From Planctomycetes bacterium UBA1662 (lineage in GTDB: Bacteria > Planctomycetota > UBA8108): a stretch of 58,529 bases of DNA. The stretch is from contig DCKY01000210.1 of the NCBI GenBank assembly GCA_002320775.1, forward strand, positions 1-58,529, read 5' to 3'. The notes beneath the pieces are model-generated. The model was given only the letters and a program-made list of their open reading frames with translations, was not told where the DNA came from and did no database searches. Below are positions 47,458 through 56,249 of this stretch, one piece after another; position 1 is the stretch's first letter; every line of letters begins with the position of its first letter. The translations under genes and the position numbers were made by a program.

Positions 47458-48492
47458 ATGAACAAGATCGTCTTTCTATCCAGCGGCGTTCTCCTCCTGG
47501 CGGTCTGGCTGTTAACCCCCGCCCTTGACCGCCAGCTCAATTCGGTCGAGGCGACCGCCGCCAGCGCCAGGACAGCCGATGCCATCACCGCCGCAGTAGA
47601 GAAGATTCTCGGCAAGCTCGGCGCGAACCAGAAAAAAAAGACGCTCTTTGCCTTCAGCGATGAAGAACGCCTGAACTGGCATTTCATTCCCAGGCCCCGG
47701 AAGGGACTACCCCTGAGCGAAATGAACCCGGAACAACAGAAGCTGGTCCAGGAGCTCCTGGTCGCCTCGCTGGGGGATACCGGAACCAGGACCGTAAACG
47801 ACGTACGCTCGCTCGAAAGCATCCTCCAGGCGATCGAGGGACCTAATAGGAGATTCAGCCGTGACCCGGAACACTACTACCTGAGTGTCTTTGGCTCCCC
47901 GGGAAAGAAAGAACAGTGGGGGTGGCGCTTTGAAGGCCATCACCTCTGCGTCAACTTCACCCTGGAGGGAAAGAAGGTGCTCTCCTCCACTCCTCTTTTC
48001 TACGGAGCTAACCCGGCCAAAGTCAAATCCGGACCAAAGAAAGGGCTCAGGGTCCTTGGAAAAATCGAAGATCTCGGCCGGGAACTGATGCTGAGTCTCG
48101 ACGAATCTCAGCTCAAGACGGCACTTGGAAAGGGAAAGCCGGAAGAGGTAAAAGCAACGCAGTCGGCAACCTACAACGCCAACCTGCCAACCGGGCTCGC
48201 CGGCAAAAGCATGAGCAAGGTGCAGGCCAAGATTCTCACCAGCCTGGTGCTCGAACATACCAAGAATTTGGATGCGAACCTGCGAAAGGAAATGGAGACA
48301 TCCCTGTCGGAGCAGTTGGGAGACATACAGATCGCCTGGCGCGGGAAGCTCAGACCTGGCGACGGCCACTCCTTCATCGTTCACGGGCCAGCCTTCATCA
48401 TCAGCTTCTCCAATTTCCAGAACAATGCCGCCCACATCCACAGCTCTCTCCGGGCGCGCAAAGGCGAGTTCGGCCTCGGCGGAGCAAAATAA
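47458..48492 (+). CDS. DUF3500 domain protein
   Basis: WHFIP, YYLSVFGSP, WGWRFEGHHL, TPLFYGANP, NNAAHIHS. Confidence 0.85.
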   Translation: MNKIVFLSSGVLLLAVWLLTPALDRQLNSVEATAASARTADAITAAVEKILGKLGANQKKKTLFAFSDEERLNWHFIPRPRKGLPLSEMNPEQQKLVQELLVASLGDTGTRTVNDVRSLESILQAIEGPNRRFSRDPEHYYLSVFGSPGKKEQWGWRFEGHHLCVNFTLEGKKVLSSTPLFYGANPAKVKSGPKKGLRVLGKIEDLGRELMLSLDESQLKTALGKGKPEEVKATQSATYNANLPTGLAGKSMSKVQAKILTSLVLEHTKNLDANLRKEMETSLSEQLGDIQIAWRGKLRPGDGHSFIVHGPAFIISFSNFQNNAAHIHSSLRARKGEFGLGGAK

Positions 48493-48507
48493 CCGGGGGG
48501 CGGATAT

Positions 48508-49863
48508 TCAGCTGCGGGCCACGACCCGCGACTCACCCGGAAGCCGGGCGACCTCGATGTCCCCCGGCAGGGCGTCCATGAAGGAGCTCACCGAGAAGAC
48601 GGCCTTGCCAACGCCGGGCTCCCCGTAGCCCGGCGGAGCCGGGAGGGCGTAGCGAAGAAGAGTTTCCCGCCAGAGCCTCAGCAGCCCGACATGATATTCG
48701 AGGGGAGCCGGACCCTGGTCTTTTCCCAGGACACTCAGGGGTTCAGGACACCATACGGTGAAGCGGGGAGTGATCCCCTGCGACATGAAATAATCGAGCC
48801 CCTCGCCAGTGGACTCGAGCGCCTCCTCTACCGTCTTGAATCCATGCGGAGCCGCCATCTCTACGCCGGCGACAAAATTCGGAATGACCTGCGATGGGCC
48901 GAAGATCTCCGCCGAATCGACAATGCGTTTCATCCATTCATCGCGCCCCACGTAGTCCTCTTTACCGGGGCAGATGATCGGAAAGAGACGGCGATCCCAG
49001 ACCTCGTAATTAGGATGGTAGATCTGGACTCCGGCATCCCGGAATCTCTTAACATCATCGAGCGGCAGGGCCTGAACGACCATCTTGGAGATCCAGCGTC
49101 CCGGAAACCGGGAATTGATCGCCCGGGCGTAGGCCTCGTAGAACGTCGCCTCATCCTCGCCCCGCAGATGCCGGGTGATGCTGCCTCCAGTGAGCGTATA
49201 GGCTCCGGTGCGTTTCTCGACATCCGTCTCATCTATAATCTCGAGAGCCTCCACCACCTCCTCGATGGGCTTCACCGTTTCATAGGGTCTGCCCGCCTCC
49301 TTCTGCTGGCGAACATTTTCGTTGATGTCGCAGAACTGACATTCTTCCTTGAAGCCAAAATACTGGCACTTGCGGTAGACCGTCAGGTAGACGAGATAGC
49401 CCCATTCAATGGTCGGCGCGATCTCCGAAATCGTTCTACCGTTCTGCAGATCGCGCAGGTAATACTCCGGCATCTCCTGCAACTCGACCTCGCAGACCCC
49501 CTCCCCCTCTACCAGCAGCGACAGCTTCCCCTCGATGATATCGACCCGGTATGGAGAGCCCGGATGGATCCTGACGCTCACAATGGTACGCCGGAAGCCT
49601 CGGGGACCGCCTACCAGGGAGAGCTCCTCGGGAGCTCTCAGGTTTTCACCCTGCTCCAGTTCCTTGATGGGACGCAGATCGAAGCTGAAGATGAAGTAGG
49701 ACTTGGGCTTGAATCCGCTGCAGACCCTGAGCGCATCCTCGGAAAAGCTGACTCCCAGCCGAAGCAGATCTTCCTTGAAGATCGCCTCCTGGGGCACATC
49801 AGGGTATTTTTCAATGAGGCTATCCACCTCGGCGAGGCGGTTTTTTTCGATCTTGTCACTCAT
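48508..49863 (-). CDS. Radical SAM protein with expanded Cx8Cx2C motif
   Basis: CQYFGFKEECQFC, LTGG, NYEVWD..ICPGK, NFVAGVE. Confidence 0.75.
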   Translation of the reverse strand: MSDKIEKNRLAEVDSLIEKYPDVPQEAIFKEDLLRLGVSFSEDALRVCSGFKPKSYFIFSFDLRPIKELEQGENLRAPEELSLVGGPRGFRRTIVSVRIHPGSPYRVDIIEGKLSLLVEGEGVCEVELQEMPEYYLRDLQNGRTISEIAPTIEWGYLVYLTVYRKCQYFGFKEECQFCDINENVRQQKEAGRPYETVKPIEEVVEALEIIDETDVEKRTGAYTLTGGSITRHLRGEDEATFYEAYARAINSRFPGRWISKMVVQALPLDDVKRFRDAGVQIYHPNYEVWDRRLFPIICPGKEDYVGRDEWMKRIVDSAEIFGPSQVIPNFVAGVEMAAPHGFKTVEEALESTGEGLDYFMSQGITPRFTVWCPEPLSVLGKDQGPAPLEYHVGLLRLWRETLLRYALPAPPGYGEPGVGKAVFSVSSFMDALPGDIEVARLPGESRVVARS

Positions 49864-50041
49864 GGATGATTTGCAGAAATCTCACATTTCTCCGGCCCAT
49901 GGAAGGGCTGACAGTTTTTGCTGCCGTTCCAGACCGAGCAAAGTATCATAGGTTCACGGCAAAAGCATCTTCGGGCTCCGAGGCGCTTGAACCAAACCGG
50001 TCTTTCAACAAAATACGCCTCCCAAGACAGCCGGCAAAGTC

Positions 50042-50683
50042 ATGAAAAAACACCGCCTGATCTTCCTGCCTGCGCTCTGCCTGCTGGCCTCCATTGAAGG
50101 CCGCGCGGCTGTTGTTGAGCTCGATCTCGAAAAGCTGACCCAGCGGTCAAGCCACATCTTCTGTGGAGAGGTCATCGCGACAGAAAGCGAGTGGGGAGAC
50201 TTCCTCGGGCTCGGGCGGGCGATGATCACGAAAGTGAGAATCAAGGTCTCTGAGGTCTGGAAGGATTCCGAGGAGAAACGCCCGGAGATCACGCGCAAAG
50301 CAAAATCCCCGGGAGCCCGTGGCGAGATAGCCGAGATCACCATCCGCTATCTCGGAGGACGGATCGGGGAACGCTGGCAGAGATGCGCCGCGTCTCCGAC
50401 CTTCAGCCGCGGAGAAAAGGTGCTGGTATTCGCCAGCGAATTGAACAACTCCCTCTGGACCACCGGCTGGTTCCAGGGAAAGTACCGCCTCGAACGGAAG
50501 AGACCGGGGCAGGGCCTGCCCCACGCGGACGACGGCGGCAAGCTCCTGGTGCGCGGCTCACAGCAGCTTCCCGTCAAGAAACACCTGGAGGTGGAAGCCC
50601 TTCGGCTCATGGTGAGGAAGCTGCTGCTGGAAAGACGATCTCCCGGCCGTGGAGCGCGGGAGAGAGCGAGGGCGGACAGATGA
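50042..50683 (+). CDS. Secreted hypothetical protein, translationally coupled to the matrixin gene
   Basis: Signal peptide; LEKLTQRSSHIFCGEV..LGGRIG..P.F..GEKVLVF pattern; ATGA overlap with the next gene. Confidence 0.7.
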   Translation: MKKHRLIFLPALCLLASIEGRAAVVELDLEKLTQRSSHIFCGEVIATESEWGDFLGLGRAMITKVRIKVSEVWKDSEEKRPEITRKAKSPGARGEIAEITIRYLGGRIGERWQRCAASPTFSRGEKVLVFASELNNSLWTTGWFQGKYRLERKRPGQGLPHADDGGKLLVRGSQQLPVKKHLEVEALRLMVRKLLLERRSPGRGARERARADR

Positions 50684-52557
50684 GAGGTTTCCATCGAGCA
50701 GCCCTGATCCTGCCGCTTATCCTGGCTCTCGCTGGAGCCATACACTCCCCCGCCGCGCGGGCCTTCGAAACCCTGGGGATGAGCTGGCGTACCGGCCGGG
50801 TGAACTACAGGATCAACCCGAACTTTCCGGACCAGGATCTGAGCGGCACCCGTGAGCAGCAGGTCGAGCTCATCTCCTGCTCAGCAGAAAGCTGGCGGGA
50901 ACAATCCGTGGCAGATATCCGTTTCGTCTACCTCGGCACCACGACCGCCACAGGACTCAATGATAACGACGGCATCAACACGGTGTCCTGGAGCGACCAG
51001 GCTGGAGGCGACGCGCTTGCCGTAACTCTCATCTCCGGCAGGGGCTCCCGCATCGAGGGATTTGACATGGTTCTGTTCTCGGAAAGCCTCGGAACCGCTA
51101 ACGAATGGAACGGCCCCCAGGATCCTCCCAGCGGCACGATGGACATCAGGGGAATCGCCGCCCACGAATTCGGTCACGCGATCGGGCTTGACCACAGCGA
51201 CATCCGCACATCGACAATGTACGCGGCCGCCCTGAACCGTGGCCAGCATCTGAGAACCCTGCACGAGGACGACCTGGCGGGTGTCGAATTCCTCTACGAT
51301 ACTCGAGCCGGCGCAAGTCCTGCAGCGAGCATCATCGAGGTTGAGCCGAACTCCGGACCTGCCGCGGGAAGAAACGAAGTCCTTATCCGCGGCCGCAACT
51401 TCACCTGGGACCAGAACTCTACGCTCTACGCAGGCGGACGCCGGCTGTCCTCCTCGGCCTGGACCATCGAAGACTGCTGCCTCATCAGGGTCCACCGCAT
51501 GATCTCCGGTAACGCGGGAGCCGCCGACATCCGCCTGACCAGCGAGCTGGGCGATGTCGTCCTTGAAGACGGCTATCGTTATCTCTCCCCGGCTCCGGAG
51601 CTCGCCGCCATCTCGCCCGGAGAGGGTCCCGTCACCGGCGGAATCCCCGTGACGGTGACAGGCGAAAATTTCAGCTCCGCCGCCGAGGTTCGCATCGGCG
51701 GCGTTGAACTCGAAGACCCCGTGTGGGTTGATTCCCGGATGATTCGCGGCAGCCTTCCCCGCCGCAGAAGCGGCGGAATCTTTGATGTAACCGTCGCCCA
51801 GGATGGAACGCTGGCTCGACTCCAGGACGCTTTCAACTACAGGTCCAAGGTCCTGCGCGTCGCCGAAAGTGAGGGCCCGATCGGGGGAAACCGCATCCCC
51901 GTCGACATCCTGTGTACATCCGACGAGGCCCTGACTGGAGTCTCCTTCGCTGTCTCCTACGAGACCTCCGAGCTCACCATGAACGAGGTCAGCACCGAGA
52001 ACCTGCTGACGAACGAGGCCAGCTTCGCAGCCGCCAATATCGACAACGAATCAGGCATCACCACCTTCGGTATCGTGATGTCACTGACGGACACCACACC
52101 CAGCATTCCAGCGGCGGAGGAGCTGGTCATCGCCAGGCTCCTGGTGTCGATGTCAGCTGAGCTCTCTGTCGGCGACCGCGCCCGGGTGGAGCTCACCAGT
52201 GGTATAGGTTCGCCGCCGGTGGAGCTGGAATACACCACCGTCGCCAAGGGACGCGTCATGAGTCCGCTGGCGATGCATGGCCAGGTTACCGCTCTTGCGG
52301 CAGCGACCTTCCTGCGGGGCGACTCAGACCAAAATGGAACCATCCAGTTGACAGATGCCGTGTTCCTGCTGGATTATCTCTTTCGAGGCGGCAGGGTATT
52401 GTCCTGTGAAGATGCGGCAGACTCCAACGATGATGGAAGAATCGACATCTCCGATGGAATCCTGATCCTGCGCTTCCTGTTTTCCGGCGGGGACAGACCC
52501 CGGATGCCTTTCCCCAGAGCCGGGATGGACCCAACCGATGACGACCTCGGCTGCTGA
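50680..52557 (+). CDS. Matrixin (M10-like) metalloprotease with two IPT/TIG domains, a cohesin-like domain and a dockerin-like domain
   Basis: HEFGHAIGLDH plus Met-turn STMY; two P.SGP..G...V.I.G.NF repeats; C-terminal FLRGDSDQNGTIQLTD..CEDAADSNDDG. Confidence 0.85.
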   Translation: MRGFHRAALILPLILALAGAIHSPAARAFETLGMSWRTGRVNYRINPNFPDQDLSGTREQQVELISCSAESWREQSVADIRFVYLGTTTATGLNDNDGINTVSWSDQAGGDALAVTLISGRGSRIEGFDMVLFSESLGTANEWNGPQDPPSGTMDIRGIAAHEFGHAIGLDHSDIRTSTMYAAALNRGQHLRTLHEDDLAGVEFLYDTRAGASPAASIIEVEPNSGPAAGRNEVLIRGRNFTWDQNSTLYAGGRRLSSSAWTIEDCCLIRVHRMISGNAGAADIRLTSELGDVVLEDGYRYLSPAPELAAISPGEGPVTGGIPVTVTGENFSSAAEVRIGGVELEDPVWVDSRMIRGSLPRRRSGGIFDVTVAQDGTLARLQDAFNYRSKVLRVAESEGPIGGNRIPVDILCTSDEALTGVSFAVSYETSELTMNEVSTENLLTNEASFAAANIDNESGITTFGIVMSLTDTTPSIPAAEELVIARLLVSMSAELSVGDRARVELTSGIGSPPVELEYTTVAKGRVMSPLAMHGQVTALAAATFLRGDSDQNGTIQLTDAVFLLDYLFRGGRVLSCEDAADSNDDGRIDISDGILILRFLFSGGDRPRMPFPRAGMDPTDDDLGC

Positions 52558-52569
52558 GCACCCCCGCAC

Positions 52570-53538
52570 TTGAAACGAATAGCACTGCTGACAAGCGGAG
52601 GAGACTGCCCGGGCCTGAACCCCTGCATTCGCTCCGTTGTACGAACGGCCCTTGCCAACGGTATCGAGATCATCGGGATTCACCGCGGGTGGCGAGGCCT
52701 CATCGATAACGAGATGGAACACATGGATGCCCGCAGCGTCGCGGGGATCGTTAACCTGGGCGGAACCGTTCTCCGCTCCAGCCGATGTCCGGAATTCAGG
52801 GAACCCGAGGCGCGAGAGAAAGCCGCCTCAAACCTCCTCGAACGCGGGATTGAAGGCCTGGTCGTGATCGGAGGCGATGGCTCCCTGAACGGCGCCTCGA
52901 AGCTCGCGCGCCAGACCAACCTGCCGCTCATCGGCATACCGAAAACCATCGACAACGATGTAGGCGGAACTGACTATGCCCTCGGGTTCGACACGGCCGT
53001 CAATACCGCGGTGGAGGCCATCGACAAGATCCGAGACACGGCCACCTCCCACGAGCGGCTCTTCCTGGTCGAGGTCATGGGCCGCAACCGGGGATTCCTC
53101 GCGCTCCAGGTGGCGCTCGCCTGCGGCGCCGAGGGAGTCCTGTTGCCGGAGGTGCCGACGGATATCACAGCGCTCTGCGCCCAGCTTGAGCGCTGCCGCG
53201 AGGCCGGCAAGGTCTCCAGTATCGTGGTGGTCGCCGAGGGAGACGACGCGGGCAACGCCTATGAGATCGCCCAGAAGATATCCGACCAGTCAGACTACGA
53301 TCCGCGTGTCTCGGTGCTGGGCTACATCCAGCGCGGCGGAGCCCCCAGCGCCGCTGACAGGGTCCAGGGAGGGCTCTTCGGGAAGACCGCCGTTGACGCG
53401 CTGCTGTCGGGCGAGTCCTCGAAGCTGGTGGCAAGCCGAAATGGGCAGGTCACCCTGGTCGAGCTCGAGGTCGCCTGGAAGGAGACCCGCGAGCTGCCCG
53501 AGGACCTGCTGGAGCTTGCCAGGATCCTCGCCAGCTGA
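52570..53538 (+). CDS. pfkA: 6-phosphofructokinase
   Basis: LTSGGDCPGLN, GGTVLRSSR, IGGDGS, PKTIDND, EVMGR, LGYIQRGG; TTG start. Confidence 0.92.
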   Translation: MKRIALLTSGGDCPGLNPCIRSVVRTALANGIEIIGIHRGWRGLIDNEMEHMDARSVAGIVNLGGTVLRSSRCPEFREPEAREKAASNLLERGIEGLVVIGGDGSLNGASKLARQTNLPLIGIPKTIDNDVGGTDYALGFDTAVNTAVEAIDKIRDTATSHERLFLVEVMGRNRGFLALQVALACGAEGVLLPEVPTDITALCAQLERCREAGKVSSIVVVAEGDDAGNAYEIAQKISDQSDYDPRVSVLGYIQRGGAPSAADRVQGGLFGKTAVDALLSGESSKLVASRNGQVTLVELEVAWKETRELPEDLLELARILAS

Positions 53539-53554
53539 GCCGGGACCAGGTTCG

Positions 53555-54826
53555 TCAGTCCTTCTTGCCCCCCACCGAGAAGAGCCGGCTCTCGGTACGG
53601 ACAAACATACGGCCTCCGCTCACCGCAGGGGTCGAACGGCAGGTGTCGCCAAGCTCGTTCCGGCCCAATACCTCAAACTTTTCCGATGCCGACAAAACAA
53701 CAACCGTACCCTTATCGTCAGCACAGAACAGGCGCCCATCAACGCAGACCGGTGAGCCGTGAAAATTACCGCCGCCTCCGGCTCTCTTCTGCCAGATGAC
53801 CTCGCCGGTCTCCACCTTGCAGCAGGTAACGACTCCCAGGTCGCTCCACAGGAAAAGCCTGCCATCCCAGACCAGCGGGCTAGGTACGTGCGGAGCCGAC
53901 CGGGAGATCCTGTAGACCTCCTTCACGCTGTGCTTCTTCCCGCTGGTGGAAGGGCGCACCACAACGGCGTTCTTGCCGCCGTTGAGAGCGCCTGAGTTGG
54001 CGATCACCAGGTCCTTCCAGGCCACGGGGGAACCCACGGCGCGCTGGGGAAAGGTCCCGAAGACATCGATCATCCAGTTCTGCCGACCGCTCTTCGGATC
54101 CACGCCGACAATCCCCTCAAAGCAATGAACGAAGACGATCTCCGTCGGACGGCCATCCGAACTGAAAGCGCAGGGGGTCGAATAGCAGGCTCGCTTACCC
54201 TCGCGCGGGATCTTCCAGCGTTCCTTGCCGGTCGCCCGATCGACCGCCAGCAGAAAGCTTCCCTTCTTGTGGTCATTCGAGATGATCACCATATCTTCAA
54301 AGATGATCGGGGAGGTGCCGCCGCCCTGCCCATGCAGGTAGGGACCGAGGTCGTAGCGCCAGCTCTCTGCGCCGGCATGATCATTCGCCACCAGCTGGGA
54401 GCCGCCCTTCGACTGCCACAGGGTGTAGACCCGCTCGCCATCTACCGCTGGAGTGTTGGAAGCGTAGCTGTTGTTTCGATGCTTGCGATAGGTCTTGTAG
54501 GGAAAGTCTTTCGTCCACCGGGTCTTACCGTCCAGGGCGCTGATCGCCAGCAGGGTTCGCTTTTGCGCGGCATTGTCGGCCGCGGTGACGAAGACCAGCC
54601 CATCCCAGACGACCGGAGAGGAGATCCCCTTTCCCGGCAGGGTTGTCTTCCAGTTAAAATCGCTCTCCTTCCATTGGGCCGGAACCGTTTTCGCGGCGCT
54701 CACGCCGGAGCCGTTGGGTCCGCGAAAGCGAGTCCATTCCCGAGCGGCGGCTGGAGAAGAGACCAGGATAGAGAAAAGCAGGGCGAGGTACAGGGAAGCC
54801 AGGCGGCGCGAGTTTAGAAATATCAT
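53555..54826 (-). CDS. PQQ-like beta-propeller repeat protein (BamB-like planctomycete family)
   Basis: WTRFRGPNGSG, SSPVVW, G..RW repeats, STPAVSGGRMFVRT. Confidence 0.88.
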   Translation of the reverse strand: MIFLNSRRLASLYLALLFSILVSSPAAAREWTRFRGPNGSGVSAAKTVPAQWKESDFNWKTTLPGKGISSPVVWDGLVFVTAADNAAQKRTLLAISALDGKTRWTKDFPYKTYRKHRNNSYASNTPAVDGERVYTLWQSKGGSQLVANDHAGAESWRYDLGPYLHGQGGGTSPIIFEDMVIISNDHKKGSFLLAVDRATGKERWKIPREGKRACYSTPCAFSSDGRPTEIVFVHCFEGIVGVDPKSGRQNWMIDVFGTFPQRAVGSPVAWKDLVIANSGALNGGKNAVVVRPSTSGKKHSVKEVYRISRSAPHVPSPLVWDGRLFLWSDLGVVTCCKVETGEVIWQKRAGGGGNFHGSPVCVDGRLFCADDKGTVVVLSASEKFEVLGRNELGDTCRSTPAVSGGRMFVRTESRLFSVGGKKD

Positions 54827-54914
54827 AGATCACTTCAACAATAAGGGCTGCGGAAAGACCCTATCTTCGCACGCGGAGTGGCCACTGCAAAGCTCTCCCC
54901 TCCAGGCAGTCGGC

Positions 54915-56177
54915 CTATTCATACGGGCCTGGAGGAGCGGGCGGCTTGATTTCTTCGTCCTCCCCGTGACCGCTCCAGCTTCCCTGCTCCATCGGCGGTT
55001 CGATACTGGGATTCCTGTAGAACTCGAGAGGATCAAAATAGCTCGACGAGACCTCAAACGTAACGTCAACCAGGGTCGGATGCAGGAATTGAAAATCGAG
55101 ATAATACCCGAGGCCGTGTGTCCATTCCTCCAGCGGCAGGAGTTCACCATCGCCGCCGGTCGCCACGAGATCAGGCGGGTAGAGCCGGGTAAAGACGGGT
55201 CGAAGGTCCAGCGGATCGTTAAAATACGCCGCCAGCTTCGATCCCTTGGGAAGCTGCTCTACTGTCTTCTCATAGAGAACCAGCGGGCGCACCTTGACGA
55301 AGCTCTCCTTGACCTTCCAACTCGAGGGCTTGAAGAAATGAGCTGCGCCTTTCGAGGCATCTACCTCCCGCTCCCCCACGTGTCTTCCCTTCTCAATATT
55401 GCCAGCCACCACGCGCAGCCGGACGCCGTGAAGATCCGCCTCCGCCTCGCCCTCCAGCCAGTCGGAGACCTGGAAGCGTGACTCACGATTGATCTTCGAC
55501 TCATGACCAGGTTGATCGGAAAGTCCTCCGGGAATCTTAAAACGCAGGCCGAGCTCAGGCTTGAACAGAGACCTGCTCCGGGCCCATAAGTAGACAAAAA
55601 AGAAACCTACGAGAAAGATCACCGCCAACGCCATCTCCATCTGGTCGTCATTCATTCGCAGGACACTCGTCACCAGGAATTTTTCCGTCAGCCACAGGGC
55701 GAACAGGGTGGCAAGAAACAATCCTGCGTAAATCAATTGACTGTCCGTCGGGAGCAGGAAGAAATTCTTCACATAGGACACCTCGTCCGGAGGACTGACC
55801 CTCTCAAGCTCCTCTTCCTGCGAAGCCGCTTCGGGCTCGACAACCCTGAGAGGCTTCTCAAATTTCTGCACAAACCGGGCACTGCCCACATCGACCGAGA
55901 TCCATGCCACGAGGTCAATCGAGGAGCCCTCGTAGGTAAAAAATCTCCTGGGAAGATCGCAGCGGACGGTGTGCACCGGCTCCTGGATGGTGAAGGTCTC
56001 GATACGCTTTTCGATGTTCTTATTGATGGGACTGGATTCCTCCACCCTGCAGGAAAGAACCAGCTTCACCTCGGCGGTCTTACCGGTCTGCTTCCGGAGA
56101 TCGGGGTGAAAGAGAATCACCGCCTGATGTTCACCTTCAAGCTCCTCGAGCTTTACCTCCAGGATCACCTTCCCCAT
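54915..56177 (-). CDS. Hypothetical two-TM membrane protein, paralog of 56250-57458
   Basis: Shares long motifs with its neighbour; ATG 56177 aligns with the paralog start and has a GGAGG RBS. Confidence 0.75.
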   Translation of the reverse strand: MGKVILEVKLEELEGEHQAVILFHPDLRKQTGKTAEVKLVLSCRVEESSPINKNIEKRIETFTIQEPVHTVRCDLPRRFFTYEGSSIDLVAWISVDVGSARFVQKFEKPLRVVEPEAASQEEELERVSPPDEVSYVKNFFLLPTDSQLIYAGLFLATLFALWLTEKFLVTSVLRMNDDQMEMALAVIFLVGFFFVYLWARSRSLFKPELGLRFKIPGGLSDQPGHESKINRESRFQVSDWLEGEAEADLHGVRLRVVAGNIEKGRHVGEREVDASKGAAHFFKPSSWKVKESFVKVRPLVLYEKTVEQLPKGSKLAAYFNDPLDLRPVFTRLYPPDLVATGGDGELLPLEEWTHGLGYYLDFQFLHPTLVDVTFEVSSSYFDPLEFYRNPSIEPPMEQGSWSGHGEDEEIKPPAPPGPYE

Positions 56178-56249
56178 CCGTACGGCCTCCTGCAGGGAAA
56201 CGGCTCTGGCAATCTTCTTATGTAAGTGACCCTTGAGCACATCATGACG

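Noticed and set aside
52555-52572. TGA ending the matrixin gene is in frame with pfkA (LGC*APPH-LKRIA), suggesting read-through
   Set aside because: The dockerin tag ends naturally here, I saw no SECIS-like hairpin, and fusing a secreted protease to cytoplasmic PfkA is implausible.
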